Shown here one piece after another: positions 18,891 to 27,273 of a stretch of DNA of 64,000 nucleotides (its first letter is position 1; each line of letters opens with the position of its first letter). Made by a program: the position numbers and the translations under genes. The DNA is from Candidatus Altiarchaeota archaeon. GTDB taxonomy: Archaea; Altiarchaeota; Altiarchaeia; IMC4; SCGC-AAA252-I15. Below the pieces are notes generated by a model. The model had not been told where the DNA came from and did no database searches. It saw nothing but the letters and a program-made list of their open reading frames with translations. Where the stretch lies: the NCBI GenBank assembly GCA_043800255.1, contig JAZDNF010000003.1, forward strand, positions 32,001 to 96,000, in the 5' to 3' direction.

Positions 18891-20489
18891 ATGCGGGACG
18901 GTGTTTACGTTTCTGTTATCGTTTTGGCTTCCATCATCTTCGGCTTCCATAACATAAGCACCATCCCATTCTGGCATTGGGATGAGGGGGTGAACGCTAA
19001 CATCGCCTGGAATCTCGCCCAAGGCAGGCTTCAGATGTTCGCGATCACCTACAATTTCATGCCGCACCCGCCTTTCGGCTTCCTGGTTTTCGCGTTCGCG
19101 ATAAGAGCCTTCGGCTACAGTGTGTTAACGTTGCGGATGTTCTCCGCCTTTCTGGGGATTATCATCGCACTCTTCGTGTATCTGATAGGAAGACGCCTTG
19201 GAAGCAGGGAGTTGGGTTTCCTGGCAGGCCTCTCTTACGCTGTCATTCCGACGATGGTCTATTGGAGGCGTATGGGCTTCACGTATAATATTCTAGGCCT
19301 GCTTCTTGTGCTGCTGGTCTACTGTATACTTACTGGGCGTCTGAGGCTGGCGGCTGCCTTCGCGGGTTTGTGTGCCGTCACTGACATGACTGGCGGAATA
19401 ATACTTGCATTCTTCATGTTTTTCCTAGTTAGGAGGGGGTTGCTTTCGAAGAGGCTGGTTGCCATCTCTGTCGCGCCGCTCATAGTCTACTCTGTTGCCA
19501 TGGTATACGCCTTCAGGGAAGAGTTTTTTATAGACTTCTTCTACCTGTTCGAGCGTTTCAACCTGTCTGTTCCGAAGATTCTGGTCGTATGTGCCTTATC
19601 TCTCCTAGTGTTCAAGTTCAGGGCGGGAGTTATATCAGCTGTCAGCAGGTACGTTAGGATGGTTTCCAGCATTATCGCAAAAGATTTTGAGTTCACGTTC
19701 GCCGAGAATGCTGGTTTCGTCATGAAGTCCGCCCCCTATCTTATGCTCCTGCTGTTGAACGCCTACTGGGGGAGGGAGGTTTTCGGGGCTATGGATGATG
19801 ACTTCTTCCTGAATGGGATTGGATACCATTGGGTGGGGATTTTCGGCCTTCTCATGCTGCGGGAACGCTGGATTTTTTATTACTTATTTTCGCCTCTCCT
19901 GGCGTTTCTCCTCCTCATAAACCGGGCGGACCATATGCTCATCCCGTTGCATCCGCTGCTGGCGGTTGGCTTTGGTTGTCTAATACTGCAGGTCTACCAG
20001 AAGGCGGTGGTTTTTAGCGGAGGCAGAGTCCTGCCAAGAGCTGTGTTCTTTGTGCTTGCATTCTACCCTCTCACTTTTTTCCTGGTGCAGGATTACAGCC
20101 TGTTCTTTCTCGGGAAGGGGCTGGACGTCGAAAGCATTGATGACATTGTCGGGGTAAGTGAGTTCGTGAACAACTATTCGAGCGCTGAGGATTTTGTCAT
20201 TGGGGAGAGCTGTCTTGACCCGTACGTTGACGCCAGGTTAGCAACTCTCTTGCAGTCCGCCTCTTATGGCGGACGAGGTCTGGCCTATTACAGGGATGAC
20301 ATTGACAATTCGAGGTTCTTGTTCAACGTGTCTATCGAGAACGCCCGGCTCATTGTCTCGAGGGGTAATCTTTCAGGCTGGCTTGTGAACAGTTCGAGGG
20401 AGGACGTTGCAGACTATCTGAATGGATTACACTTGGTTTATAATAATTCAGAGTTTATGGTGCTGTCTCAGACTATGACTCCGCTGTAG
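18891..20489 (+). CDS. ArnT/PMT-like (GT39/83) membrane glycosyltransferase
   Basis: HWDEGVNANIAWN, PHPP, LTLRMFSA and many TMs. Confidence 0.78.
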   Translation: MRDGVYVSVIVLASIIFGFHNISTIPFWHWDEGVNANIAWNLAQGRLQMFAITYNFMPHPPFGFLVFAFAIRAFGYSVLTLRMFSAFLGIIIALFVYLIGRRLGSRELGFLAGLSYAVIPTMVYWRRMGFTYNILGLLLVLLVYCILTGRLRLAAAFAGLCAVTDMTGGIILAFFMFFLVRRGLLSKRLVAISVAPLIVYSVAMVYAFREEFFIDFFYLFERFNLSVPKILVVCALSLLVFKFRAGVISAVSRYVRMVSSIIAKDFEFTFAENAGFVMKSAPYLMLLLLNAYWGREVFGAMDDDFFLNGIGYHWVGIFGLLMLRERWIFYYLFSPLLAFLLLINRADHMLIPLHPLLAVGFGCLILQVYQKAVVFSGGRVLPRAVFFVLAFYPLTFFLVQDYSLFFLGKGLDVESIDDIVGVSEFVNNYSSAEDFVIGESCLDPYVDARLATLLQSASYGGRGLAYYRDDIDNSRFLFNVSIENARLIVSRGNLSGWLVNSSREDVADYLNGLHLVYNNSEFMVLSQTMTPL

Positions 20490-20584
20490 AATACGAACCA
20501 CCACCAGATTATCAGGAATACTATTAGCGCCGCGAACCAAGCCCAGTCTTTTTGGGTTATGTCGTCTCTGAATTGGATTTCCAT
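20468..20584 (-). CDS. Small 38-aa single-TM protein (below the ORF-track cutoff)
   Basis: MEIQFRDDITQKDWAWFAALIVFLIIWWWFVFYSGVIV; TTTAAATA box ~23 nt upstream of the ATG. Confidence 0.6.
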   Translation of the reverse strand: MEIQFRDDITQKDWAWFAALIVFLIIWWWFVFYSGVIV

Positions 20585-20717
20585 AGTGTAAGTTTATTAT
20601 AATTCCTTATTTAAAAGCTTTTTCATGGTTATTTGAGATTTTGTTCTTTTTTAGCCTTTTGGAGGGTAATGCCTAAAAACTATATATTTATATTTGTATA
20701 ATTTTATATTATTATAG

Positions 20718-20993
20718 GTGGTATTGATGGAAGGTAAAGGTTACAGCACCCAGCGGGTTGACATGGATACGGTAGACCTGATAAAAACCGTGAACCTGCA
20801 CCTCAGGAAGAGGAACATCAAACTGAGGCAGAGCGACCTGATAAAACTGGCATTTGGCTTCATCAAGAGCAGGGAATGGGAGTTTATCGAATATGTTGAG
20901 ACAGGCGCTATCAAGGAATCTTCAGGCTTGTTTGACAGCATATTCAGGGCTACGTCGAAACCATGGTTCCCGTACGGGAATTTGTCAGGTTAG
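20718..20993 (+). CDS. Small putative DNA-binding (RHH/antitoxin-like) protein
   Basis: YSTQRVD strand followed by helices (LRQSDLIKLAF); AT-rich promoter upstream. Confidence 0.5.
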   Translation: MVLMEGKGYSTQRVDMDTVDLIKTVNLHLRKRNIKLRQSDLIKLAFGFIKSREWEFIEYVETGAIKESSGLFDSIFRATSKPWFPYGNLSG

Positions 20994-21093
20994 GCGAATA
21001 TAATTTTATATTTTTTATTTTTAAAGGAGAAGGTAACATAGATAACAATAGGTTCTACTAAGACCTACCATAAAATAGAGGTGATATAAAAAA

Positions 21094-21420
21094 ATGAAAA
21101 AAATGCTGGCAATTGCAGCCCTGATGATGATATCAGGATTAGTTGCTGCACAGGCACCTGGAACATCAGCTGCGTCAGCAGCTGCTTCACTCGTCTGCGG
21201 CATACTGCAGAACGTGAAAGTATTCTTCGAGCTTGTGGCCGCCGGAATAGCTATTGTGATAATAGTTATCAACGGTATAAAGTGGATCGGCTCATCTGAC
21301 GACCCAGGAGCCAGAAAGCAAGCCAAAGAAGGCATCATACACGCAGTAGTCGGTCTGGTAATCGTGCTACTAGCTGTCGAGATTGTCGGTCTGGTAGTAT
21401 CAACCAACTGCCTGGCATAA
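21094..21420 (+). CDS. TrbC/VirB2-like pilin (probable major pilin)
   Basis: GAGGTGA SD, signal peptide, two TMs joined by GIKWIGSSDDPGARKQAK, terminal Cys pair. Confidence 0.8.
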   Translation: MKKMLAIAALMMISGLVAAQAPGTSAASAAASLVCGILQNVKVFFELVAAGIAIVIIVINGIKWIGSSDDPGARKQAKEGIIHAVVGLVIVLLAVEIVGLVVSTNCLA

Positions 21421-21434
21421 TCTAGCATGCCTCT

Positions 21435-21480
21435 TTTGCCCTAAGAGTCTAGGGCAAACTTATTCTTTTTTCAATTTTTT
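21435..21480 (+). terminator. Hairpin plus T-tract after the pilin gene
   Basis: TTTGCCCTA-agagtc-TAGGGCAAA followed by TTATTCTTTTTTCAATTTTTT. Confidence 0.7.
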
Positions 21481-21506
21481 AGCTGTTTCTCGTATATTCT
21501 AATGTC

Positions 21507-24500
21507 ATGAAACGCCTCCACGTGAGGAGAAAACTCCGGACTATTCTCGCGTCAGCCGTCCTCGCGCTGATACTCCTTGCGCAAAATGCGACCGCACTGC
21601 CGATACTCTTGCTTGCGCTGATTTTCATACCGCTCATAGGCACTGGGATAGGCATAGCAATCACAAAATGGCCTGCCGGCGCGAAGTTCCTCGGCTTCCT
21701 CCTGAACATCCCAATCAAACTGCTGGTAGACCTTATCGTAAGCATATTCGGTCCGTTCATCAGGCTGGTCCTGAACTACATAGAGGATGGGATAATCTAT
21801 AACCCGAAAATCTACCCCTTCGATGAGATATGCTTCGGCGGCCTGCCTACGCAGGGGTTCGTGTACGGCTGCGCTGTCGAGAACCTGATGAAGATGATGA
21901 TGAAGATTCTCGCGCCATTCTACACCCTCCTTTTGCTTCTGATAGGCATTTACATCATCTTCGTGTCGGTTGAGCCTCAGTCGAGGGCGCGCGCGAAGTC
22001 GGAGTTCAACAAGCTGCTCATAAGCATGCTGCTCGCGTCATCGGCTCCGGTGATATACCAGCTGCTTTTGGACATATCCCAGTCGATGACTGCTGCCGTG
22101 TTCGAAAATTCCACCACAAAGACGTCGGAGGCCATGGCTAGGGGGATTATTGTCGCCTTCGCCAATCCTTGGACGTTCGAGCTTGGCGCGTGGGTGGTCC
22201 TCTTCGGCCTTGTCTTGGTCATGGCGAGGCTGTTCTTTATCGTCCTCTTCGCGATACTCTTCCCGGTGTCCATATTCCTGTACTTTTTCGACTTTACGAG
22301 GGGTTTAGGCTCTAACATGATAAGGGCGACCATGTTCTTCATATTCCTCCAGGTTGTTCAGGCTCTGATATTCGTCATAACCGGGATTGCAGCGGCTGAG
22401 CAGGCGAGCGAGCTTCTCCGGGGTTTCATAGTCGCTGCAGGGCTTACTGGGATGGTGTTGGCTGGCATGCTCATGGCAGGCATCATGAAGTGGGCTGGAG
22501 GCTTCATGGCGATGGTCGGCACGTCTATGGCTGGGAGGGGGCAGATGGGCGGTGCGGTCATGCTGGGCGCAGGCCAGATTATGATGGGCGCGGGGCCTTC
22601 AGGCCTTGTCGGCGCCGGCGCCACCGCAGGTTATATGATGCCCAAGCAGCTGGAGCCTGGCATCAAGGGCGTGGGGAGGAAGGCGCTCGCAGGTTTGGGG
22701 GGCGCCGCAGGCCATCCGATACAGTCCATGTCAGACGGCATGCAGGAGGCTGGCGGAGGCGCTGCCGGCGTGATTAAAGGCTTCCAGAGGTGGGGCAGAA
22801 CCTACGTTGAAGGATACAAGGGGCGGTTCTCGACCAGGTACACTCAGGTTAGGGAGTCTATGGCAGGCGTCGGCTCAAAGTATGCTGGCGACCTTCCCAG
22901 CTCTGACAAGGTCAGCGAAGCCCTGAAGAGGAGCCAGCAGACCGGGAAAGGAACTGGAAAGGGGGGAACCCTCCCCTATGAGGAGACTTCAGGCCCTGGC
23001 GCGACAGCGGAGGAGAAAGAATTCCCGAGGACGCCGCCCGCCAGGCAGAAGAATTATGGGGCCGGCGCAACTGACGAGCATTCGTCCCTGGTCGCGAGTC
23101 ATACTAGCGGTGGCAGGATAGAGTCTGAGGGCGCATTCTCGAACTGGCCTATGGTTGCGCTGATGCAGTCTGGTTTCATGCCTCAGATGTTCTCATGGAT
23201 GTTCTGGGGTACAGGTAAGGACGAGTGGCGTGATAAGGAATATAAGAAGGGGTTCGGCAGGTGGAGTAAGGGAGTGTCTCTGAGGAAGGCTGCCAAGGAC
23301 ATGGTAAAGGCTGGGGAGGATATGATAGAGCAGAGCAGAAGCCTCAGCGTCGATGAGGCTTCCAAGATGAGAGATGAGGGTAGGAACCTCATAAGACAGG
23401 GTAGGAGGGCGAAGGCTAGGGGGTGGGTCGCAACCGGAGCGTCTGTTGTCATGCCTGCTTCCCCGTTCATACCAATCCGGGAGGCTGGCGCGATTATCGC
23501 AGGCACTGTCTCATTGTTCCTGCCTGAGACTGTGGGTTTGGGAGTTGGAGGGTTGGCGTTACAGCTTGGAGTCGGCGGTTTGAGCCTTGTCCCTGCCGCC
23601 GCAGGCTGGGCTTCTCGCGCGACCGGCTTCGGCGTTTCTCTCCTCGGCGGAAAGGGTGACACGCCGGAGGATATAGAAAGGAGGAGGATGCGCGTTGACA
23701 AGTGGGATGCCCGCGCTGACAGGATGAGAGAGTGGTCTAGGGCAACCAGAAGAGGGGGTGGGTGGGTTAGGGATAATGCAAAATTTCCGATGAGGAAGCC
23801 GTTCTACTGGGCCGCCCGGAAGATGACAGGTTTGAGCGTCAAACAGATATGGCATAGGAGCAACGTCGAGCAGGAATTCTTCAGGTCCATGTTCAAGTAC
23901 AGGCAGGCTAAAAAAGAACACCGCATGGCTAAAAAATCTGGTGACGCGGAGGCTGAGGCGAAGGCTGAGAAGAGAAAGGCAAGTGCTGAGGAGAGGGTTT
24001 TCAAGCTGTTGCGGAAGTCCTCCCGCGGGGATGAGTTCTGGGGCAAGGACGAGATTCATGACACGATGATACAGTCGAAGGTGGCGCAGTGGGCTCCGGA
24101 GCTGATGGACAAATACCTCGAAAGCGGCTCAGATTCGAGTTTGGACAAATACTTTGATGAGGAGACGTCTAAGAACACCGCCGACGCTGAGGGGGTAGGA
24201 TTCGACAAGAAGGAGTTGCCAGGCGCACAAGAGCGCCAGTTGCCAGGCGCACAAGAGCGTGATACATTTGAAGCTCTCCTCAAGGAGGGCGGTATTGGTG
24301 ACGCCGTCGGCAGCGAGGTTAACGCGCAGGTTGGGGGCGTCTTCAACAACGAGTCCGGAGGGGAGTGGGGCGGCTTTGAGCGCCTCACCGAGTTCAGGCC
24401 TGAGGATGTGCTGTATGGTCTGACAGAGGCTGACAGAGACGCTCAGGAGAAGGGGAAGAAGTCTCAGCAGGCTGACGCCTTGAGGCTGGCAGTCGGTCTA

Positions 24501-26756
24501 AACCAGCAGGTCAGAGCTGGGACGAAGGATAGGGACGGGAAAGAGATGGATAGGGATAAAGCTAAGGGAATAATGAAAAAGTTCAACTCGAACATTCAGA
24601 GCGAGGAAGAACAAGCTAAACGTCAGAATAGCCGGTTTTTGGAGAGGTATGCAGCTAAGACTGAGAACGTTACCGATACTATGGGCAGGTATTTGAATCA
24701 TAAGCTTGCGAGGAGGCATTGGGTTGCCGACAAGCAGAGGCTTCTCAAATACGGCAGCCCTAAGACGAGGGCTGATATTCTGAGATCAGTCCATGAAGAA
24801 GACCGGAAAACCATCGAAGAAAAGATTGCTAGAAAACACTGGGTTGGAATCGAAGCTCCGAAAATTCAGGAGATAAAATCGGGGGGAGACGCTGGGAAAA
24901 CTGTTTGGGATATGAAGGACGAAAAAATTAAAAAGAAACAGATTAGAACAGAGAAGGGAATTGATAAGTTCAAAGAGAGGAACATCAATTGGGATACTGG
25001 GACTGTTCGAGAGTTCGTGACGTTGGATCAGGAGGAGGCTGCTGTTGCGTTGCATTATGAGTGGGGTTTGGACGAGCGTACTGGCGCTGTCAGGTATAAT
25101 TTTCACATGATGCGGTCTGCTGACGGGCAGAACATGTACATGAACCAGGGGGATTATGCCAAGCTGATGCAGAGGGTAGAACACGAGGGCGGTAAAATAA
25201 GAGTCGAACATGTGACGGCAGACGACTTCGTGAAGATGCAGGAGACTGGGAGAGTAAGCGTGCAGAACCAGAAGACAGGACGCGTCGAATACTTCCTCGG
25301 GGAGGATGACGCCAACAAGTACGTAATATCCAACACAGGCATAATGGTCGTCGGCGCAGGAATAGCAGATGAAAAGATAACACGAAGAGAAGGAGAAACG
25401 GAAGAAGCCGCTCTAGTAAGAGCGGAAAGCAGAGCAGAAGCGCTTAGAAAAAATCGTGAGAAGGGTGCTTATCTGCGTGTGGATGATATTCAGACGTTGG
25501 AGAGGAAGTATGGTTTCAGCGGGGAGCAGGTTAACCGGTTGGTTGATGTTGTCGGTAGCATGAAAGAGAAGGTTGATGTTGTCGGCAGCATGAAAGAAGA
25601 ATATGGGCTGAACCCTAACACGAGAGTCGCATTCTATTACAATCCGTACGATATCAATCCGGCAACCACCAACGGACGCGACGCGATAGAGATTAACCTG
25701 GGGAGCAGGGTGTTCAACCCGGAGACAGACTACTGGGCTGGGCTGACTGACGAGGAGAAGTCGGCCAGAGTATTAGACCTCAGAGGCTCTAAAGACTTAG
25801 CAGGATGGAACGATCTCGAGGCAAAGAGGAGATGGGACCTCATGCAAACGTACAGCGCAGAGGACAGACAGGTGGTCATCGACAGTATCAGGAGTGTGAC
25901 TGGGAAGGAACTCTCACAGGAGGAGGCGGGCAGGGTACTCTATAACCGGAATGTCAGAGAAATCGGCGAAGGTGATGCGCAGGTTCTGTACAACAGGCAG
26001 CAGTGGTTGCAGAAGGCGAGCACCGAAGACCTGAGCAAGAGCATAGGAGGCGTAATATTCCACGAGGCAGCGCACATAAAACTGTTCACAGGAGCTTCAA
26101 TTAGCTCGGGGCAGATGATAGAAAACCAGCAGGACGTCTACGACGTCTTCATAGGGCCTGGCAAGGCCAGATCATTCATGCGGATGATAAACCCGTTCAG
26201 CAAGAGCAGGAAGATGGGGGCAGGGCAGACGCTGATGGGCGGCGACCGCGCTGAAATGCTAGGACAGCACAAACTGATAGGGAACCTCCCGGAAGTTACA
26301 GAGGAATTCAGGAAAATACTCGAGCGGAACAAAGTCAAAGTAAAAAGTGAAGTCATCGGGAACCTGTTCGGCGAAACCCTCAGCGACCAGATTGGAGGCA
26401 GGTCTGCGAAAGCGAGTGAACGTGAGGACTTTCACAGGCAGCAGATTGGCAAAGCAATAGAGGCTAAGATAGACAACTATGAGGACACGATAGCGTTAGC
26501 CACCAGAGGATACACTGACCCTGAGCTGATAAGGCAAAAGGCCAGCATGACGCTCACAAACAAGGACGCCGCAGAACTGGCCATGTACAGGAAGAGGGCT
26601 GAACTCCTCGGGAATAAAGAGCTGGCGGAGAGGATAGAAGAGCTGGCGAAAGCCACTCTATCAGAGGGGGAACGACGGCGGACATACGCCGGCGCATACG
26701 AAGCCCTAGACTACCTCACAGAGAATGTGAAATTTGAGAAGAGGGAAAATGCCTGA
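21507..26756 (+). CDS. Giant VirB6/TrbL-like membrane protein with a long soluble extension and C-terminal HExxH domain
   Basis: N-terminal multi-TM region (EPQSRARAK, FLYFFDFTRGLG), Gly/Ala-rich linker, charged region, VIFHEAAHIK at 26061. Confidence 0.65.
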   Translation: MKRLHVRRKLRTILASAVLALILLAQNATALPILLLALIFIPLIGTGIGIAITKWPAGAKFLGFLLNIPIKLLVDLIVSIFGPFIRLVLNYIEDGIIYNPKIYPFDEICFGGLPTQGFVYGCAVENLMKMMMKILAPFYTLLLLLIGIYIIFVSVEPQSRARAKSEFNKLLISMLLASSAPVIYQLLLDISQSMTAAVFENSTTKTSEAMARGIIVAFANPWTFELGAWVVLFGLVLVMARLFFIVLFAILFPVSIFLYFFDFTRGLGSNMIRATMFFIFLQVVQALIFVITGIAAAEQASELLRGFIVAAGLTGMVLAGMLMAGIMKWAGGFMAMVGTSMAGRGQMGGAVMLGAGQIMMGAGPSGLVGAGATAGYMMPKQLEPGIKGVGRKALAGLGGAAGHPIQSMSDGMQEAGGGAAGVIKGFQRWGRTYVEGYKGRFSTRYTQVRESMAGVGSKYAGDLPSSDKVSEALKRSQQTGKGTGKGGTLPYEETSGPGATAEEKEFPRTPPARQKNYGAGATDEHSSLVASHTSGGRIESEGAFSNWPMVALMQSGFMPQMFSWMFWGTGKDEWRDKEYKKGFGRWSKGVSLRKAAKDMVKAGEDMIEQSRSLSVDEASKMRDEGRNLIRQGRRAKARGWVATGASVVMPASPFIPIREAGAIIAGTVSLFLPETVGLGVGGLALQLGVGGLSLVPAAAGWASRATGFGVSLLGGKGDTPEDIERRRMRVDKWDARADRMREWSRATRRGGGWVRDNAKFPMRKPFYWAARKMTGLSVKQIWHRSNVEQEFFRSMFKYRQAKKEHRMAKKSGDAEAEAKAEKRKASAEERVFKLLRKSSRGDEFWGKDEIHDTMIQSKVAQWAPELMDKYLESGSDSSLDKYFDEETSKNTADAEGVGFDKKELPGAQERQLPGAQERDTFEALLKEGGIGDAVGSEVNAQVGGVFNNESGGEWGGFERLTEFRPEDVLYGLTEADRDAQEKGKKSQQADALRLAVGLNQQVRAGTKDRDGKEMDRDKAKGIMKKFNSNIQSEEEQAKRQNSRFLERYAAKTENVTDTMGRYLNHKLARRHWVADKQRLLKYGSPKTRADILRSVHEEDRKTIEEKIARKHWVGIEAPKIQEIKSGGDAGKTVWDMKDEKIKKKQIRTEKGIDKFKERNINWDTGTVREFVTLDQEEAAVALHYEWGLDERTGAVRYNFHMMRSADGQNMYMNQGDYAKLMQRVEHEGGKIRVEHVTADDFVKMQETGRVSVQNQKTGRVEYFLGEDDANKYVISNTGIMVVGAGIADEKITRREGETEEAALVRAESRAEALRKNREKGAYLRVDDIQTLERKYGFSGEQVNRLVDVVGSMKEKVDVVGSMKEEYGLNPNTRVAFYYNPYDINPATTNGRDAIEINLGSRVFNPETDYWAGLTDEEKSARVLDLRGSKDLAGWNDLEAKRRWDLMQTYSAEDRQVVIDSIRSVTGKELSQEEAGRVLYNRNVREIGEGDAQVLYNRQQWLQKASTEDLSKSIGGVIFHEAAHIKLFTGASISSGQMIENQQDVYDVFIGPGKARSFMRMINPFSKSRKMGAGQTLMGGDRAEMLGQHKLIGNLPEVTEEFRKILERNKVKVKSEVIGNLFGETLSDQIGGRSAKASEREDFHRQQIGKAIEAKIDNYEDTIALATRGYTDPELIRQKASMTLTNKDAAELAMYRKRAELLGNKELAERIEELAKATLSEGERRRTYAGAYEALDYLTENVKFEKRENA

Positions 26757-27273
26757 GAAGGATAAGATTGAGTTGAGCAGGAGGGAGCAGGGCATAGTCG
26801 AGAGGTTCAAGAGGAGCGCTGAGGAGATAAGCGAGATATACAGGGACGATCCCCGGACGGAGATAATGGATGCGATAATAGTTGCCAAACACGGCAGACA
26901 CGACTACGCCACGGAGAGGATCACGCCAGAGCCTTTATGGGATACGGTATTCGAGGAGAGGATATGCCCGGTCTCCAACACGCCGAAAGACATACTCAGA
27001 AACGAAATACACGGCAGGCTTAAATCAGAAGACAACAGGATAGTATGCGACAAGTGCAAATTCCAAGTGGATGAAAAGCTCTTCAACAGCGGGCGGGAAA
27101 GGAACAACAGAGAGAAAAAGTGGATGGAGGATGACGCTAGACTCTATGAGGAGCTGCAAAAACAGAGAATCCCAAAAGGGAGGATAGACGAGCTCAGGAC
27201 TATGGGCGAGGAGCAGGCGCTCACAGAACTCTCAAGAAAATACCCGGAAGAGGATGAAAAAGAAACTGGTTAG
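26734..27273 (+). CDS. Hypothetical protein with Cys motifs (possible Zn ribbon)
   Basis: ICPVS...VCDKC; overlaps both neighbouring genes; likely start MPEKDK at 26749. Confidence 0.55.
   Translation: MRRGKMPEKDKIELSRREQGIVERFKRSAEEISEIYRDDPRTEIMDAIIVAKHGRHDYATERITPEPLWDTVFEERICPVSNTPKDILRNEIHGRLKSEDNRIVCDKCKFQVDEKLFNSGRERNNREKKWMEDDARLYEELQKQRIPKGRIDELRTMGEEQALTELSRKYPEEDEKETG

Noticed and set aside
18840-19067. N-terminal extension of the 709-aa track ORF
   Set aside because: Overlaps the divergent gene, and the paralog alignment begins near 18839.
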